A DNA stretch of 64,000 nt from Desulfatiglandales bacterium (GCA_963667015.2 CAXXJJ010000003.1:129728-193727); one strand, 5' to 3'. Positions 9,664 to 20,479 are shown, counted from the first letter of the stretch. Numbers and translations: made by a program. Notes: generated by a model from the letters alone, not told the origin.

Positions 9664-10653
9664 ATGCGTATCCTGGATAACGAATTAATCGGGCGACCCT
9701 CGTCAAATGCTATGACTTCTCCCAATTCGTTGGCAATGAACAGGCGGTTTGGAAAGGGTATAATAAAGACGGTTCCGGTGAAGGAAAATGTCTGGATTTC
9801 ATCCTGGGATTTCACATTTAATCAGGATACTTGTGTTATACCAACATCACCTAAAAAACTTTATGGGCATGTAGTGATATATATATGCCTGTCAGGTGAC
9901 ATAAACTATACCTTTCCTGACAGGGCATTTCACATTAAAAACGACTATTCCGGCGTATCTGTCAGTAACCCTGACAATTTACTAATTAAGGAAGAATACA
10001 AAAAAGACAGCCGCTTGAGGATGGTTAGTGTTCTATTTGATCAAGACTCGTTTTTCACCATGACCGGGAGGAAGACAAGCGAGATTTATCAACTCTTTAA
10101 CCTGGAACTTTCCGGGCGAAAGCGAAAAGTACCACCCGGTATGCGCAGCGTAGCGGAACAGCTTCTCATACCACCTCCGGAAGGTGTTGATAGAAATCTG
10201 TTTCTGGAGGCCAAGGTCATTGAATTTGTGTCTTATAAACTGGGCATCCTTGATAGATATCGCCCGATCGGAAGAAAGCCCGAACCGAAATATGCATCTC
10301 TGGATGAAAGGGTTAACTACGCAGCCGAACTATTGGAAAAGAGGATGGATGATCCTCCAGGTATATTCGATCTTGCCCGGAACACCGGATTAAATCACAT
10401 CAAACTGACTCAGGGGTTCAAAGATATTTTTGGACTCACACCCTATGAGTATCTAAGCAAAATTCGTTTACGAAAAGCCGCTAAAATGATCGCAAGCAGA
10501 GAACAGAATGTAACGGAATCCGCTTTTAGCGTTGGGTACTCAAACCTGAGCCATTTTGCCAAAATCTTCCGCCATGAGTTTGGCGTGAACCCCAAAGAAT
10601 ATGCCAAACTCCGAACAAACTCCAACAAAGTAAGTATGGGGTCAGTCCGTTGA
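9664..10653 (+). CDS. AraC family regulator (PchR/YbtA-like)
   Basis: LFLEAKVIE, GFKDIFGLTPYEYL, VTESAFSVGYSNLSHFAKIFRHEFG. Confidence 0.9.
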   Translation: MRILDNELIGRPSSNAMTSPNSLAMNRRFGKGIIKTVPVKENVWISSWDFTFNQDTCVIPTSPKKLYGHVVIYICLSGDINYTFPDRAFHIKNDYSGVSVSNPDNLLIKEEYKKDSRLRMVSVLFDQDSFFTMTGRKTSEIYQLFNLELSGRKRKVPPGMRSVAEQLLIPPPEGVDRNLFLEAKVIEFVSYKLGILDRYRPIGRKPEPKYASLDERVNYAAELLEKRMDDPPGIFDLARNTGLNHIKLTQGFKDIFGLTPYEYLSKIRLRKAAKMIASREQNVTESAFSVGYSNLSHFAKIFRHEFGVNPKEYAKLRTNSNKVSMGSVR

Positions 10654-10723
10654 CTCTTGTCAATTTTAATCCACCCGAGGCGGACAGGTAATCACAAATC
10701 AAAAACATTCAGGGGCGGCTGTT

Positions 10724-11308
10724 TTAAAATTTAGGCAATATCCTTCCTGTTTCTTTCATATATTTTAAATATTCTTCTCCAAACTCTTCTTCCATCATTT
10801 TTTCTTCATAGGGAACACGAATGAAGTAAAGGAGCGCCCATGGAACAAGGCCTCCCAGACTCACTGTCCAGTTTGATGAAATCAAAAACTGCGCAATTAC
10901 CCATATCCAGATCTGAGTATACATTGGGTGCCTTATTCTTTTGTAGGGGCCTTCCTTTGTCAGTGTGTGGCCTTCTCTTATTTCAAGTATCGGGGACCAG
11001 TTTTTCCCCAGTGTCCTGTGTACTTCATAAAACAGCCAGAGGCTTAGTACTGCTGCTATTACCCCTGCTGTTCTTGCGTAATTGGGTAGCCCTATATCTG
11101 TTGTTCTGAACAGCCCGGAAAACATCCATATCATGGGTATTATCATCATTCCGATTGAAACCAGGAATACCAGGAATTTTTCTCTTTTTCCTCCTTCGGT
11201 TCTTAATTTGACATTGCCTTTGATATTTTTTGCATAGTAAATTCTTATAAGCATAAATATCAGGAATAGTATCCCGAAAGTTATCTTGTAAACATGTTCC
11301 TGTGTCAT
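10724..11308 (-). CDS. Isoprenylcysteine carboxyl methyltransferase (ICMT/Ste14) family membrane protein
   Basis: LGKNWSP, HTLTKEGPYKRIRHPMY, EEKMMEEEFGEEYLKY. Confidence 0.88.
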   Translation of the reverse strand: MTQEHVYKITFGILFLIFMLIRIYYAKNIKGNVKLRTEGGKREKFLVFLVSIGMMIIPMIWMFSGLFRTTDIGLPNYARTAGVIAAVLSLWLFYEVHRTLGKNWSPILEIREGHTLTKEGPYKRIRHPMYTQIWIWVIAQFLISSNWTVSLGGLVPWALLYFIRVPYEEKMMEEEFGEEYLKYMKETGRILPKF

Positions 11309-11366
11309 TCTGTTGTTTCCTTTTTTAATTGTAAAAATATCTGAGCTTATTCTGTACAGCTCCGGC

Positions 11367-12194
11367 CTACCGGGAAGTATCAATCCTCATATGCACCATC
11401 GAACATATTCCAAGTATATCAGGTATAAGGAATATCAATTTTGTTATAAAAGGAAGTCCTTTATACATCCCCTTTGACATTGATACTGCACTTTTTACCT
11501 TTATCCTTTTGTCCCATGTTTCCAGGATTTTTACAGGTTTAAGTCCCCATCCGCCATCCATGGATATGCCCATGCCGCCCTTTTTTAATACCTGTTTTTT
11601 TGCCATCTTCATTCCCATGGGCGACAGCGAATCAAAATAAAAATCACACTCTTTAAAAAAGTCTGCTGATTTAATAAAAAACTCTTTTATCTGTTCCTCT
11701 TCAAAATAATAAAGCACACCGCCTGCAAGAAACAGCAGGCTGTCTTTTACCTCTATCTGTTCAAACCATTTGTCAGTATCCAGAAATGAAGACGCAATGC
11801 TTATGTGTCTTTCGCTGTCCTCATAAAATTTCTTTCTGAGTTCAATAACATCAGGCAGGTCAAGTTCATAAAAAAGAATTTTACCGTTATCAATACGGCT
11901 GAAGGTGGTGTCCAGACCACAGCCGATATTTACAATCGTTGCCTCCGGGTGCTGTTTAATAAACTCACGGGCAGTTCTGTCCGTGTGAAGGCTGCGAGCT
12001 ACCCAGCCGTGCTGCGACATAGCCTGGGTTTTTTCTATTTCAGTAAAATCGTAATCAATATTTTTAATGATTTTTACAGCGTTTTCATCAATTAAACGCG
12101 GATTGGCCCTTTGTGTTTCATATGCCCTGCCCCATAGAGGCAGTAAGAGGGTTTCCTGTACCGTGCCTTTTGTGATTTTGATTTTTTGTTTCAT
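11367..12194 (-). CDS. TcmP/LCM-family class I SAM-dependent methyltransferase
   Basis: VQETLLLPLWGRA, IVNIGCGLDT, YELDLPDVI, AGGVLYYF. Confidence 0.9.
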   Translation of the reverse strand: MKQKIKITKGTVQETLLLPLWGRAYETQRANPRLIDENAVKIIKNIDYDFTEIEKTQAMSQHGWVARSLHTDRTAREFIKQHPEATIVNIGCGLDTTFSRIDNGKILFYELDLPDVIELRKKFYEDSERHISIASSFLDTDKWFEQIEVKDSLLFLAGGVLYYFEEEQIKEFFIKSADFFKECDFYFDSLSPMGMKMAKKQVLKKGGMGISMDGGWGLKPVKILETWDKRIKVKSAVSMSKGMYKGLPFITKLIFLIPDILGICSMVHMRIDTSR

Positions 12195-12258
12195 GTTGTT
12201 TCCTCCTTTTTAAAGCTGAACCGCTAAGAAAAGCTAAATTTTAAATATTGTTTTTGTT

Positions 12259-12363
12259 AACCACTGAAAACACGGAGGCCACGGAGAAAAACAAAAGCAG
12301 AAAACATAATTAATTAAAAATATAAAATGTTTTTCTACGTGTTCTCCGTACCCTCCGTGGTAA
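12259..12363. repeat. CACGGAG-type imperfect inverted repeat (REP-like)
   Basis: AACCACTGAAAACACGGAGGCCACGGAG...CTACGTGTTCTCCGTACCCTCCGTGGT flanking an AT-rich spacer. Confidence 0.6.
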
Positions 12364-12371
12364 AATAGCGT

Positions 12372-15300
12372 TTAATTTATTTCCCTCGCGGCCTTGTCCC
12401 TCTCTGCAGCAAGGTACAAATAGTCCGGATCAAGCACAACCTTTGCCGGCCTTGCCGGAAGCACAAAATCATGCAGGTTTGTTCCTGTCTCAAGTACAAT
12501 TTTACGAATGCCGAAGCATTTATTATTTTCATCCATGAAAGCGACTGTTACCGGAAATCTTCCGGATGCTTCGGTCATGTTTCCTATGCCATCCATTTGT
12601 CCTCTGGCAGATTTGACTTCAATGGATAATTTTTTGTTTTTATATTCTGCTCTGTTAATGGTCATGGAGTACTGCATACGTTTTGTAAAACATTCCTCCG
12701 CAAAGGTGTGAATATCTTCAGGCAGTACCTTTAAAAGGTCATTGTAAAAATCATGGGATACCATAAACTCAAATCCGGGCCGGCTGTATGTAGACTCCAG
12801 CCAGGCCTTGAGCCAGGTATCAAAATCCCTTTTGCCCCATCTGTGTGATATGGCCCTCAGGACCAGTCCGCCTTTATTTCTTGAAACATAGATTTCCTCG
12901 TCCACATTCAATAAAGATTTTTCGCTTATCTCCTCTTCACCTTTACCCTCCTGGTAATCTTCAAAGTTATCCTCCAGCCACACTGCAGTTCTATCAATGC
13001 CAAAGGTCTCTTCCATAAATGACAGGGCAAGGTATTCGGGTATGGTTTCTGTAAAAAACTCCGCTCCCTGAACATCCGCGGGTGTTATCCTGCTGTAAAC
13101 CCACTGGCGGGCCAGTTCTCTTGCTATGGTATAGTAGATGTATTCCCTGTCCTCCGGTTCTTTGATGTCCGCTGTCCAGCCGTGTTTTTCAGAAATGGCA
13201 AGGACGTTTGAAAAGGTAACAAAGTCATCATCAAAAAAGGTCTTTTCCACAACCTTGAGTTCACTGTAGGGATAGTGGCCAAGAGTATCGGAAAACCATG
13301 AAAAGATTTTTGTGACTGCTGACTCAAGACATTCAATGTTGTAGGCATGTGGCGGATAAAACATGATTGATACGGGAGTGCCATAAGCCTCAAAGTTGCG
13401 AATGTCATATGCCGACCCTGCTATCCTGAAATCAAGGTGACCGGGTTTTTCCGAAACATACTGTGTAAATTTGCGGCTCTCAATTTTCCATGACTTTTTC
13501 TGTTTTCCGGGAGCCGCGACAATCCACTCGTCAGGCGCACTTATTGTAATGTCCCATGTAACAGTGTCCGCCTGATCCGAAAACATGGAATTCTTTAGTG
13601 CAAAAACATTGTCCCGGGGTCTGGTTCTTGATTCAATTTTAGTAAGCCCCTGTTCTATTCTGTCCTTGTTGTTTGTGAGGCGTCTGTCCTCGTCATAGCC
13701 GAAATAAGGCAGGATATCTGTCTCAAGAAATGCTGTTTTTGTTGTGAGGTCAGCCTGTGGATCGTTCTGATGAAATCCCTCATATTTAAGGCTGGCAGCA
13801 ACTAAAAGATCCATTGTTTCGCCCGGTAAAAGGGCAGGGGAGATACTGTAAACCGTATGTCTCAGTTCTTTGTTTTCATTGGTATTTACAAGGTTTCGAC
13901 TGGCTTCAAGTTTTTCTATGGTCAGAAAGTCGCGCAGATCTACATGAAGTTTAGCAATGGGCGAATCGCTTTTATTTACAAGTAAGAGTTTTGCCTCATA
14001 AGAGGCTGTCCTGTCTTCAGGATAGATATCCAGATTAAGGGATATGTCTTCGATCTTGGGTTGTGCTGTTTCAGCGATAGCCCCATAGGTTCTTTCATAT
14101 TCTGCATCCTCTGCGTTTTCCTGATCAATGGTCTGGAACTGTGCCTTTGCCATGAGATTATAGTGTATGCCCCATTCACAGAAAACAAACAGCGCAGCCA
14201 GGAGGGCCATGGTCCCGCACACACGAGGCGTAAATCTTTTTTTTGCAGCTTTCAAACGTTCTTTAAAAGGACGTTCAGTGCCCCGGGTCCAGAAAAGGTT
14301 GGCTGTAATAAACAGTATTGCGGCCAGTGATGCCCAGGCTATGGCGTACCAGGGCATGGCCTTTTCAAAAACGCCGTATCCTATCATGTCCGAATAATCA
14401 AGAGAGCCTGGAACAATAGGATAGGCAAACCGGATCTGTTCGAGCAGGTCCAGGTCAAGGGTGATCAGGGTGGCCAGAAAAAAAGAAACAGCAAGTATAT
14501 GCCCTTTGAACCTGTTTGCAAAAACAGACCCGAAGAAAAAGGCCAGGGCTATTAACTCAAGCAGTGTCAGCCATCCTATGCGGGGGCCAAAAAGGTCTTC
14601 TATATAAAGAAGCCAGTTGATATCTGTAAAGCCTGACATAAGCTGGGCCGCGAGTCCTGTTGCAAAGGCCATTGTCATGAGGGTAAGGGCAACAAGTGCC
14701 TGGGTTATAAATTTAGAAACAGGAAAAAGCCAGTTGGGAGCGGGCATTGCATCAACAATCTGCCAGACTCCGGATGCACGTTCCCTGAACAAAAACTCCA
14801 CAGCCAGGACAATCATCACTATCCCGAGCATGACTGTCATTGGAATACGTGCATAAGTTATGGTATAGGTGAGCGGAAGGTGACTTGTGGTTATATAGTA
14901 CTGGCTGGTCCACACAAGGTGGGTAAGAAGAAAACTCAGGAAAAAGAGTACCATTGCAAAACGGAAAAATGCGCTTCTTGAAATACTTTTAAAGTCTGCC
15001 CATGCAAAACGAAAGGCCCTTAAAAGCATGGGAATGCTGTCATATGACATGACTGCAGGCGGTATGTTATTTGAAAAAATTGCTGCAGGATCAAGCTGTT
15101 CTGTTTGTGCTGCCTTTTTCTTTGACGCCTTTGCTATAAAATACTTGAAATCAAAACGCCACAGCGCAGAAAAAAACAGCACAAGGGAAACGGAAAACCA
15201 TATGATCCTGTTTGCTATCACGGATGGAATCATGGGAAGGTATGCCGTGTTTCTTTCTGCTATTCCAAGGCTGTCAACTGTATCCATTACACCTGTCCAG

Positions 15301-15926
15301 CCGAATGGTTCAATCAGATGGACGATAGTGTCGTAGTGGGTTTCTCCCCGAACAAAATCTCCCAGCATAATCAGGACCATTATAAAAAGCGCGCCCACAT
15401 AGGCAGAGCCTGACCGCCTTGTGAATGATATAAGAAAAAAGGCAAGGGATACCATGAAGATAAGATTGGGAATGGTAAATACAAGAAGCGCATGACATAT
15501 CTGCCCCCAGGGCACAGGGCCGTACTGTTCGGGAGTGCCGAAACCAAGATAGGGAACAATGAGCATACCGAGAGGAAAACCCATCAGGAGAATAAAACCT
15601 ATAACCAGTGAACAGAGATATTTTGCTGCGAAATATTTTTTATCCTTTGAAACCTTTGAAAACAGCCCCTCTGCTGTCGCGGATTCAATGTCCCTTGCAA
15701 GGGAGTTTACGGATATTACGACAATTATTATAATACCGATCATACCCATGACAGACAGGTTCTGATAAAAGGTAGAGGCTGCATTAAGGAGTGTGTTTGC
15801 ATTGCCGTAATACTCCGTGCTTTCAAAGGAGTACCATATGCCCTGAATCATCATAATGCCTATGAGAATATATGTGAAAGGCCTTTTATAATTGTACAGG
15901 AATTCAAAATTAAATATTGTTTTCAT
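12372..15926 (-). CDS. ABC-2-type permease fused to an M1 aminopeptidase-like domain lacking the HExxH histidines
   Basis: Two multi-TM halves, then M1-like region (LGHYPYSELKVVE, SEKHGW, TIARELARQW, FTETIPEY, NKGGLVL). Confidence 0.85.
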   Translation of the reverse strand: MKTIFNFEFLYNYKRPFTYILIGIMMIQGIWYSFESTEYYGNANTLLNAASTFYQNLSVMGMIGIIIIVVISVNSLARDIESATAEGLFSKVSKDKKYFAAKYLCSLVIGFILLMGFPLGMLIVPYLGFGTPEQYGPVPWGQICHALLVFTIPNLIFMVSLAFFLISFTRRSGSAYVGALFIMVLIMLGDFVRGETHYDTIVHLIEPFGWTGVMDTVDSLGIAERNTAYLPMIPSVIANRIIWFSVSLVLFFSALWRFDFKYFIAKASKKKAAQTEQLDPAAIFSNNIPPAVMSYDSIPMLLRAFRFAWADFKSISRSAFFRFAMVLFFLSFLLTHLVWTSQYYITTSHLPLTYTITYARIPMTVMLGIVMIVLAVEFLFRERASGVWQIVDAMPAPNWLFPVSKFITQALVALTLMTMAFATGLAAQLMSGFTDINWLLYIEDLFGPRIGWLTLLELIALAFFFGSVFANRFKGHILAVSFFLATLITLDLDLLEQIRFAYPIVPGSLDYSDMIGYGVFEKAMPWYAIAWASLAAILFITANLFWTRGTERPFKERLKAAKKRFTPRVCGTMALLAALFVFCEWGIHYNLMAKAQFQTIDQENAEDAEYERTYGAIAETAQPKIEDISLNLDIYPEDRTASYEAKLLLVNKSDSPIAKLHVDLRDFLTIEKLEASRNLVNTNENKELRHTVYSISPALLPGETMDLLVAASLKYEGFHQNDPQADLTTKTAFLETDILPYFGYDEDRRLTNNKDRIEQGLTKIESRTRPRDNVFALKNSMFSDQADTVTWDITISAPDEWIVAAPGKQKKSWKIESRKFTQYVSEKPGHLDFRIAGSAYDIRNFEAYGTPVSIMFYPPHAYNIECLESAVTKIFSWFSDTLGHYPYSELKVVEKTFFDDDFVTFSNVLAISEKHGWTADIKEPEDREYIYYTIARELARQWVYSRITPADVQGAEFFTETIPEYLALSFMEETFGIDRTAVWLEDNFEDYQEGKGEEEISEKSLLNVDEEIYVSRNKGGLVLRAISHRWGKRDFDTWLKAWLESTYSRPGFEFMVSHDFYNDLLKVLPEDIHTFAEECFTKRMQYSMTINRAEYKNKKLSIEVKSARGQMDGIGNMTEASGRFPVTVAFMDENNKCFGIRKIVLETGTNLHDFVLPARPAKVVLDPDYLYLAAERDKAAREIN

Positions 15927-15932
15927 TGTAGA

Positions 15933-16829
15933 TTACGCTGCCTTTCTCTCTTCACTGAAAGAGCCCGGGCCGATAACTGCAAAATATGCATCCTCAAGGT
16001 CCGGTACCTTTGAAGAGAATGAAGAATCCGGCTGTTCATGGCTGAAGACATCCACTGTCATGTGGCCCTGTACAAGGCGGGAGGATGCAACCGAATAATT
16101 TTTTTCGTACTCGGGAAGTTCTTTCCTGTCTATCTTCTTTTCCCATATTTTGCCCTTAACCCGTCCTATGAGATCTTTCGGAGCGCCACGGTAAAGAACT
16201 TCACCATTACCTATAACCGCCATGTCGCTGCACAGTGTTGTGATATCTTCAACAATGTGTGTGGAAAGAATAACAACTGCCTTTTCTCCCAGTTCGCTTA
16301 ACAGATTGTGAAATCGTTTTCTTTCGGCTGGGTCAAGACCTGCAGTGGGTTCATCAACTATAATGAGGTCAGGGTCGCCGACGAGTGCCTGTGCAATGCC
16401 GAAGCGCTGTTTCATGCCGCCCGAAAATGTACTGAGTCTTTTGTTTCTTGCCTCGTACAGGTTTACTTTATGTAGCAGGGCCGTGGTGATATCCTGCCTT
16501 TCCTTTTTTGTGGCAACTCCCTTTATGTCCGCAACATACTCGAGCATTTCACGGGCAGTTACATTGTCATATACCCCGAACTCCTGGGGCAGGTAACCCA
16601 GTCTTTTACGTATCTCCGTAGGGTTGTTAAGCACATCGATATCTCCCAGGTATATGTTTCCCCGGTCCGGGTCCTGAAGTGTTGCAATTGTGCGCATAAG
16701 TGTGGATTTACCGGCACCGTTCTGGCCCAGCAGGCCGAACATGCCTTTTCCGAAAGTAAGATTAATATCCTTAAGCGCTTTGACCCCGTTAGGATATGTT
16801 TTTGAAAGATTATTGATTTTAAGTTCCAT
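15933..16829 (-). CDS. ABC transporter ATP-binding protein
   Basis: GQNGAGKS, FSGGMKQR, IIVDEPTAGLDP, STH; GGGAGA RBS. Confidence 0.95.
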   Translation of the reverse strand: MELKINNLSKTYPNGVKALKDINLTFGKGMFGLLGQNGAGKSTLMRTIATLQDPDRGNIYLGDIDVLNNPTEIRKRLGYLPQEFGVYDNVTAREMLEYVADIKGVATKKERQDITTALLHKVNLYEARNKRLSTFSGGMKQRFGIAQALVGDPDLIIVDEPTAGLDPAERKRFHNLLSELGEKAVVILSTHIVEDITTLCSDMAVIGNGEVLYRGAPKDLIGRVKGKIWEKKIDRKELPEYEKNYSVASSRLVQGHMTVDVFSHEQPDSSFSSKVPDLEDAYFAVIGPGSFSEERKAA

Positions 16830-16842
16830 GATGTTCTCCCGG

Positions 16843-19194
16843 TTAAATATGTGTATTGTTTTCTTTTCCAAATGGCCTGAACCTGTTCAAAAGAACCGGT
16901 GTCATAAAGTAGTCTGCTGCAAGGGCTGCAAGTATTCCCATAACAACCAGCATTCCCAGGTTTACAAATACCTTTGCATTTGAAAACAGGTATGCTGAAA
17001 AATTCAGGATAAGCACAAGTGATGTTAAAAACAGGGCAGTGCCTACCGTTATAAAAACTTTTTTAGTACTTTCCCGATAGGTCCCTGTGCGTGAATATTC
17101 AAGCTGACTGTGATTTATAAAATGTATGGTGTCATCAACTGCAAGTCCAAGGAGCATGGGCATTATGGTTACTGTCATCATGTCCAGGGGGATGCCGGCA
17201 AGTCCCATGATTCCTCCTACTGCGAGAGCAGGGGAGATGTTCGGGATCATGCCTATGAGACCGGTTTTTATACTTCCGAAAACAGCAGACATGAGTACCA
17301 GTATCACCAAAATGGCTATTGCGAAAGACTTGATCTGACCCCATGTGACATATTCCATCATAACTGAAAACTGTGATATGGAGCCTATGAGAAGCACCTT
17401 TGCATCAGGAAACAGATCCGCGGCAAAGGCTTCTATCCTGTCCAGTTCATTTTTTATCTCTGCTGAATTGTAGTCATCAACCTCTACCATAAGCCTTAGC
17501 CTCTGATAGTCGTAGTCCACCCATTTTTCAGATTCCACGCCGCCCGCGTTTTCATACAGCAGCAGAAGCTGTGCAATCATTTCCCTTGTTTCCGGTACAG
17601 TGTAAAAGGATGAATCCCCGTTATTGAGTACCTGGTTCATATCTTTTATAATGTCCAGTATGGAACTGACCTTTTTTGTGAGCCTGAAGTTGTTTACTTC
17701 CTCTATCAGACGCTCAAATTTCTCCAGGTTTTCAGGGTCCTTAGCAGCGCCCGGAGTGTTGAATTCAAGGGCAACATCATATGAGTAGAGAGAACCCACC
17801 TCGGTTTTTCCTATGTAATCAAGTTTGTTGACATAGGGCACCTTGAGCCCGTATGTACGGCGCATATCAGCAGAAACCTCAAGCCGTGAAATGCCCAGGA
17901 TGCAGATGACGGTTGCCAGGAGAAAAACAGTAACAGTTACCAGGGGTCTTGAAAGAACCCTGTCGCCCAGGTTTCCCATCATGCGTTCAATCAGGCGTCC
18001 TCCCTTTTTTTCATAAACCGGGTGCGGTTTTCTGTTTTTACCAAAACTCAAAAGAACAGGAAGAAGCACAATTATGAGCAGGTATGTTACTGCCACAAGT
18101 CCGGCTGCGGTCAACCCTACCCAGCGGATCGGGCGAAGGGGAATAAACATAAAAGAGAGAAGGGCTGCTATGGTTGTAAGGGCGCTGAACAAGAGGGGCC
18201 ATCCGGTCTCTTCCACTGCATGCACAATGGAGCTGCGCCTGTCGCCTGTGCGGTAGAATTCCCGTTTATAATAGTTGAATACATGTATGGAATAACCTAT
18301 GGCAATGGCCAGGCCAAGGAATACTGGCATGAATATCATGGCTGTGTCTATGCCCATCTTCATATAACCCTGAATCCCGAATACTATTACCATTGAACTC
18401 ACAGCGGTTAAAAGTGGGAACACAACGCCTGTTGCACTGCGAAGAGAAAAGCCTAATACGATAACAGTCAAAATCAGTGAGATTCCGAATAGACGAGGGG
18501 TCTCCTTTAAAAAAAAGAGGCGCTTTTCATAGTTTATAATGGGAAGACCCGTTGTCTTTGGATGCAGTTCTTTGTATTTGTCTCTGGCAGCTATCTCATT
18601 AACAAGCCTTCCTATGGTTTCTTCGGGATTGACTTCATGTTCCTTTTCCCAGTCATCGGGAATTGTTTTCATTCTCATCATGACCCATGTCTTTTTGCCG
18701 TCTTCGGATACGATCCTGTTTTTCATTGCGGGTTTTGAAAGCGCCATCTCTTTTATGCGCGCGAGCTCTCGGTTGGAACGGGGCACAGGGTCAGGCACAA
18801 GATCTATTATTTCCATGCCTTCTTCTGTGCCGTAGGTGAATTCAAAATCGGTAAGGGATACAATGTCATCGCTGTAGGGCACTTCCTCAAGAAGCTCTTT
18901 TCCCATTTGCCTGATTTTCTCAAGAACAGAGGGTGCAAACACATTGTCCGCTTCAACAAGCACTGCACAGTAATCATTGTTGCCGAATATTTCCTCGAAA
19001 CGGTCTTTTACCTCAAGAAGTACATCGTCTTCCAGAAACCAGTTGTCCATGTCCTCTTCGCTTCTAAGCCCTTTTAACCCCATAATTGATCCGATGAGCA
19101 GTATGAGAAAAAGAACTATACAGATAAATCTGTATTTAAGTATTTTTTCTGCGGTATTTTTAAAAAATTGATTTATCATTGCTATGTTCAGCAT
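16843..19194 (-). CDS. MMPL/RND family transporter
   Basis: Two periplasmic/TM repeats; GLAIAIGYSIHV and GLAVDDTIHF. Confidence 0.9.
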   Translation of the reverse strand: MLNIAMINQFFKNTAEKILKYRFICIVLFLILLIGSIMGLKGLRSEEDMDNWFLEDDVLLEVKDRFEEIFGNNDYCAVLVEADNVFAPSVLEKIRQMGKELLEEVPYSDDIVSLTDFEFTYGTEEGMEIIDLVPDPVPRSNRELARIKEMALSKPAMKNRIVSEDGKKTWVMMRMKTIPDDWEKEHEVNPEETIGRLVNEIAARDKYKELHPKTTGLPIINYEKRLFFLKETPRLFGISLILTVIVLGFSLRSATGVVFPLLTAVSSMVIVFGIQGYMKMGIDTAMIFMPVFLGLAIAIGYSIHVFNYYKREFYRTGDRRSSIVHAVEETGWPLLFSALTTIAALLSFMFIPLRPIRWVGLTAAGLVAVTYLLIIVLLPVLLSFGKNRKPHPVYEKKGGRLIERMMGNLGDRVLSRPLVTVTVFLLATVICILGISRLEVSADMRRTYGLKVPYVNKLDYIGKTEVGSLYSYDVALEFNTPGAAKDPENLEKFERLIEEVNNFRLTKKVSSILDIIKDMNQVLNNGDSSFYTVPETREMIAQLLLLYENAGGVESEKWVDYDYQRLRLMVEVDDYNSAEIKNELDRIEAFAADLFPDAKVLLIGSISQFSVMMEYVTWGQIKSFAIAILVILVLMSAVFGSIKTGLIGMIPNISPALAVGGIMGLAGIPLDMMTVTIMPMLLGLAVDDTIHFINHSQLEYSRTGTYRESTKKVFITVGTALFLTSLVLILNFSAYLFSNAKVFVNLGMLVVMGILAALAADYFMTPVLLNRFRPFGKENNTHI

Positions 19195-19213
19195 GATGAT
19201 TCCTCCTTAAAAT

Positions 19214-20479
19214 CTATTTTGCCTGAAAGCTGTATTTAGCCTTAAACCAGAGCTGTGAATTGTGTTCATATTGACCATAGGACCCTGTATCTCCTTCAAA
19301 GATGTCCGCGCCCACGGAAAAATTGAGACTGTCCGATGCATCCCAGGCAACATTGAAACGGTCAAAGTATTCCTGCGCGCTGATATCGTAGTAGACCATG
19401 TTTGATATGGTAACTGTCTGACGCAGAACTTTTTTTGAAATATTTAGCGTTGCTGTAAGTTCATGACTGTCCGCATAAAGAGCCGTATCATGATCAAATA
19501 TTTTCGTTCCGGTAATCTGGCCTGTGACTGTCCAGTCATTTCCCGGGTACCAGTCTGTACCTGCAAGCCACTTTATGCTGTCCTTTTTTAAAGGATTGTC
19601 ATGTATGGATTCCGCAGAAAAGTACCGCCCGGAAAAAAAGGCGGTTTCTCCCCTGAACACAAAGTCTGACCAGGGTACCGCGCATTCAAGTCCCGCGACT
19701 GTCATGCGTTTGTACTGCGGTTTAAAAACGATTTGAGTTGTGTCCCCTGTCTCGTATACATCACGGAACATGACCGGATCATCATCCCATGTGTAAAATA
19801 CCGAAGCTGCCCAGTCCATGCCTGAAAAGTACCCGGATACTTTCATGGCAAGCTCACTGCTGTTTATGCCGGTATCAGGCTCATCTGCATTACGGGATGA
19901 AATTTCAAAACTTTCGGGATATTCCATTGTAACTGCCCATGGGTTATCTCCCTCCGGCTGAACCGAAGATCTGAAAACCGGTATCAGAATAAATTCCGTG
20001 GTTATATTGTCGCCAAGGAGCCTGAATTTGACAGCGTCAACAGCCATGCGTATTTCATCAAGATCTCTTGTTACAGACTCCGTGTAGTCCGGGGGTGAAA
20101 TATTGTCCGTGATCCTTATGCCGTCTGCCTTGCCCCATATAACTATCTGGCGGCCCAGCCTGATGTCCCAGTTGTCAGACACGTATTCTGCCCATGCCTC
20201 CTGGAGTTCCAGGCCGGTTTCGCTTTTAATCTTGAAATTCTTTTCCACGTCTATTGACACAAACCCGTAAATATCATTCAGGTACCCTGATGTTTCCAGC
20301 CTTAAACGGGCACGGGAAGTCAGGGTATTATTAGGATCATGCATGCGGACAGACTGTATGGTATCGGCCCATCCCTTGATCTCAAGACTGTCGGTTATGG
20401 AATAAGCCTGTACTGCCCATGCCGCATTTACAATCCAGATAAGGAAAAAAAATAAAACAGCGAGCCTGATAAATCTCAT
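19214..20479 (-). CDS. Outer-membrane beta-barrel protein (DUF1302-like)
   Basis: Signal peptide; ELQEAW, IRLGRQIVIWGKAD, GQYEHNSQLWFKAKYSF. Confidence 0.7.
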   Translation of the reverse strand: MRFIRLAVLFFFLIWIVNAAWAVQAYSITDSLEIKGWADTIQSVRMHDPNNTLTSRARLRLETSGYLNDIYGFVSIDVEKNFKIKSETGLELQEAWAEYVSDNWDIRLGRQIVIWGKADGIRITDNISPPDYTESVTRDLDEIRMAVDAVKFRLLGDNITTEFILIPVFRSSVQPEGDNPWAVTMEYPESFEISSRNADEPDTGINSSELAMKVSGYFSGMDWAASVFYTWDDDPVMFRDVYETGDTTQIVFKPQYKRMTVAGLECAVPWSDFVFRGETAFFSGRYFSAESIHDNPLKKDSIKWLAGTDWYPGNDWTVTGQITGTKIFDHDTALYADSHELTATLNISKKVLRQTVTISNMVYYDISAQEYFDRFNVAWDASDSLNFSVGADIFEGDTGSYGQYEHNSQLWFKAKYSFQAK

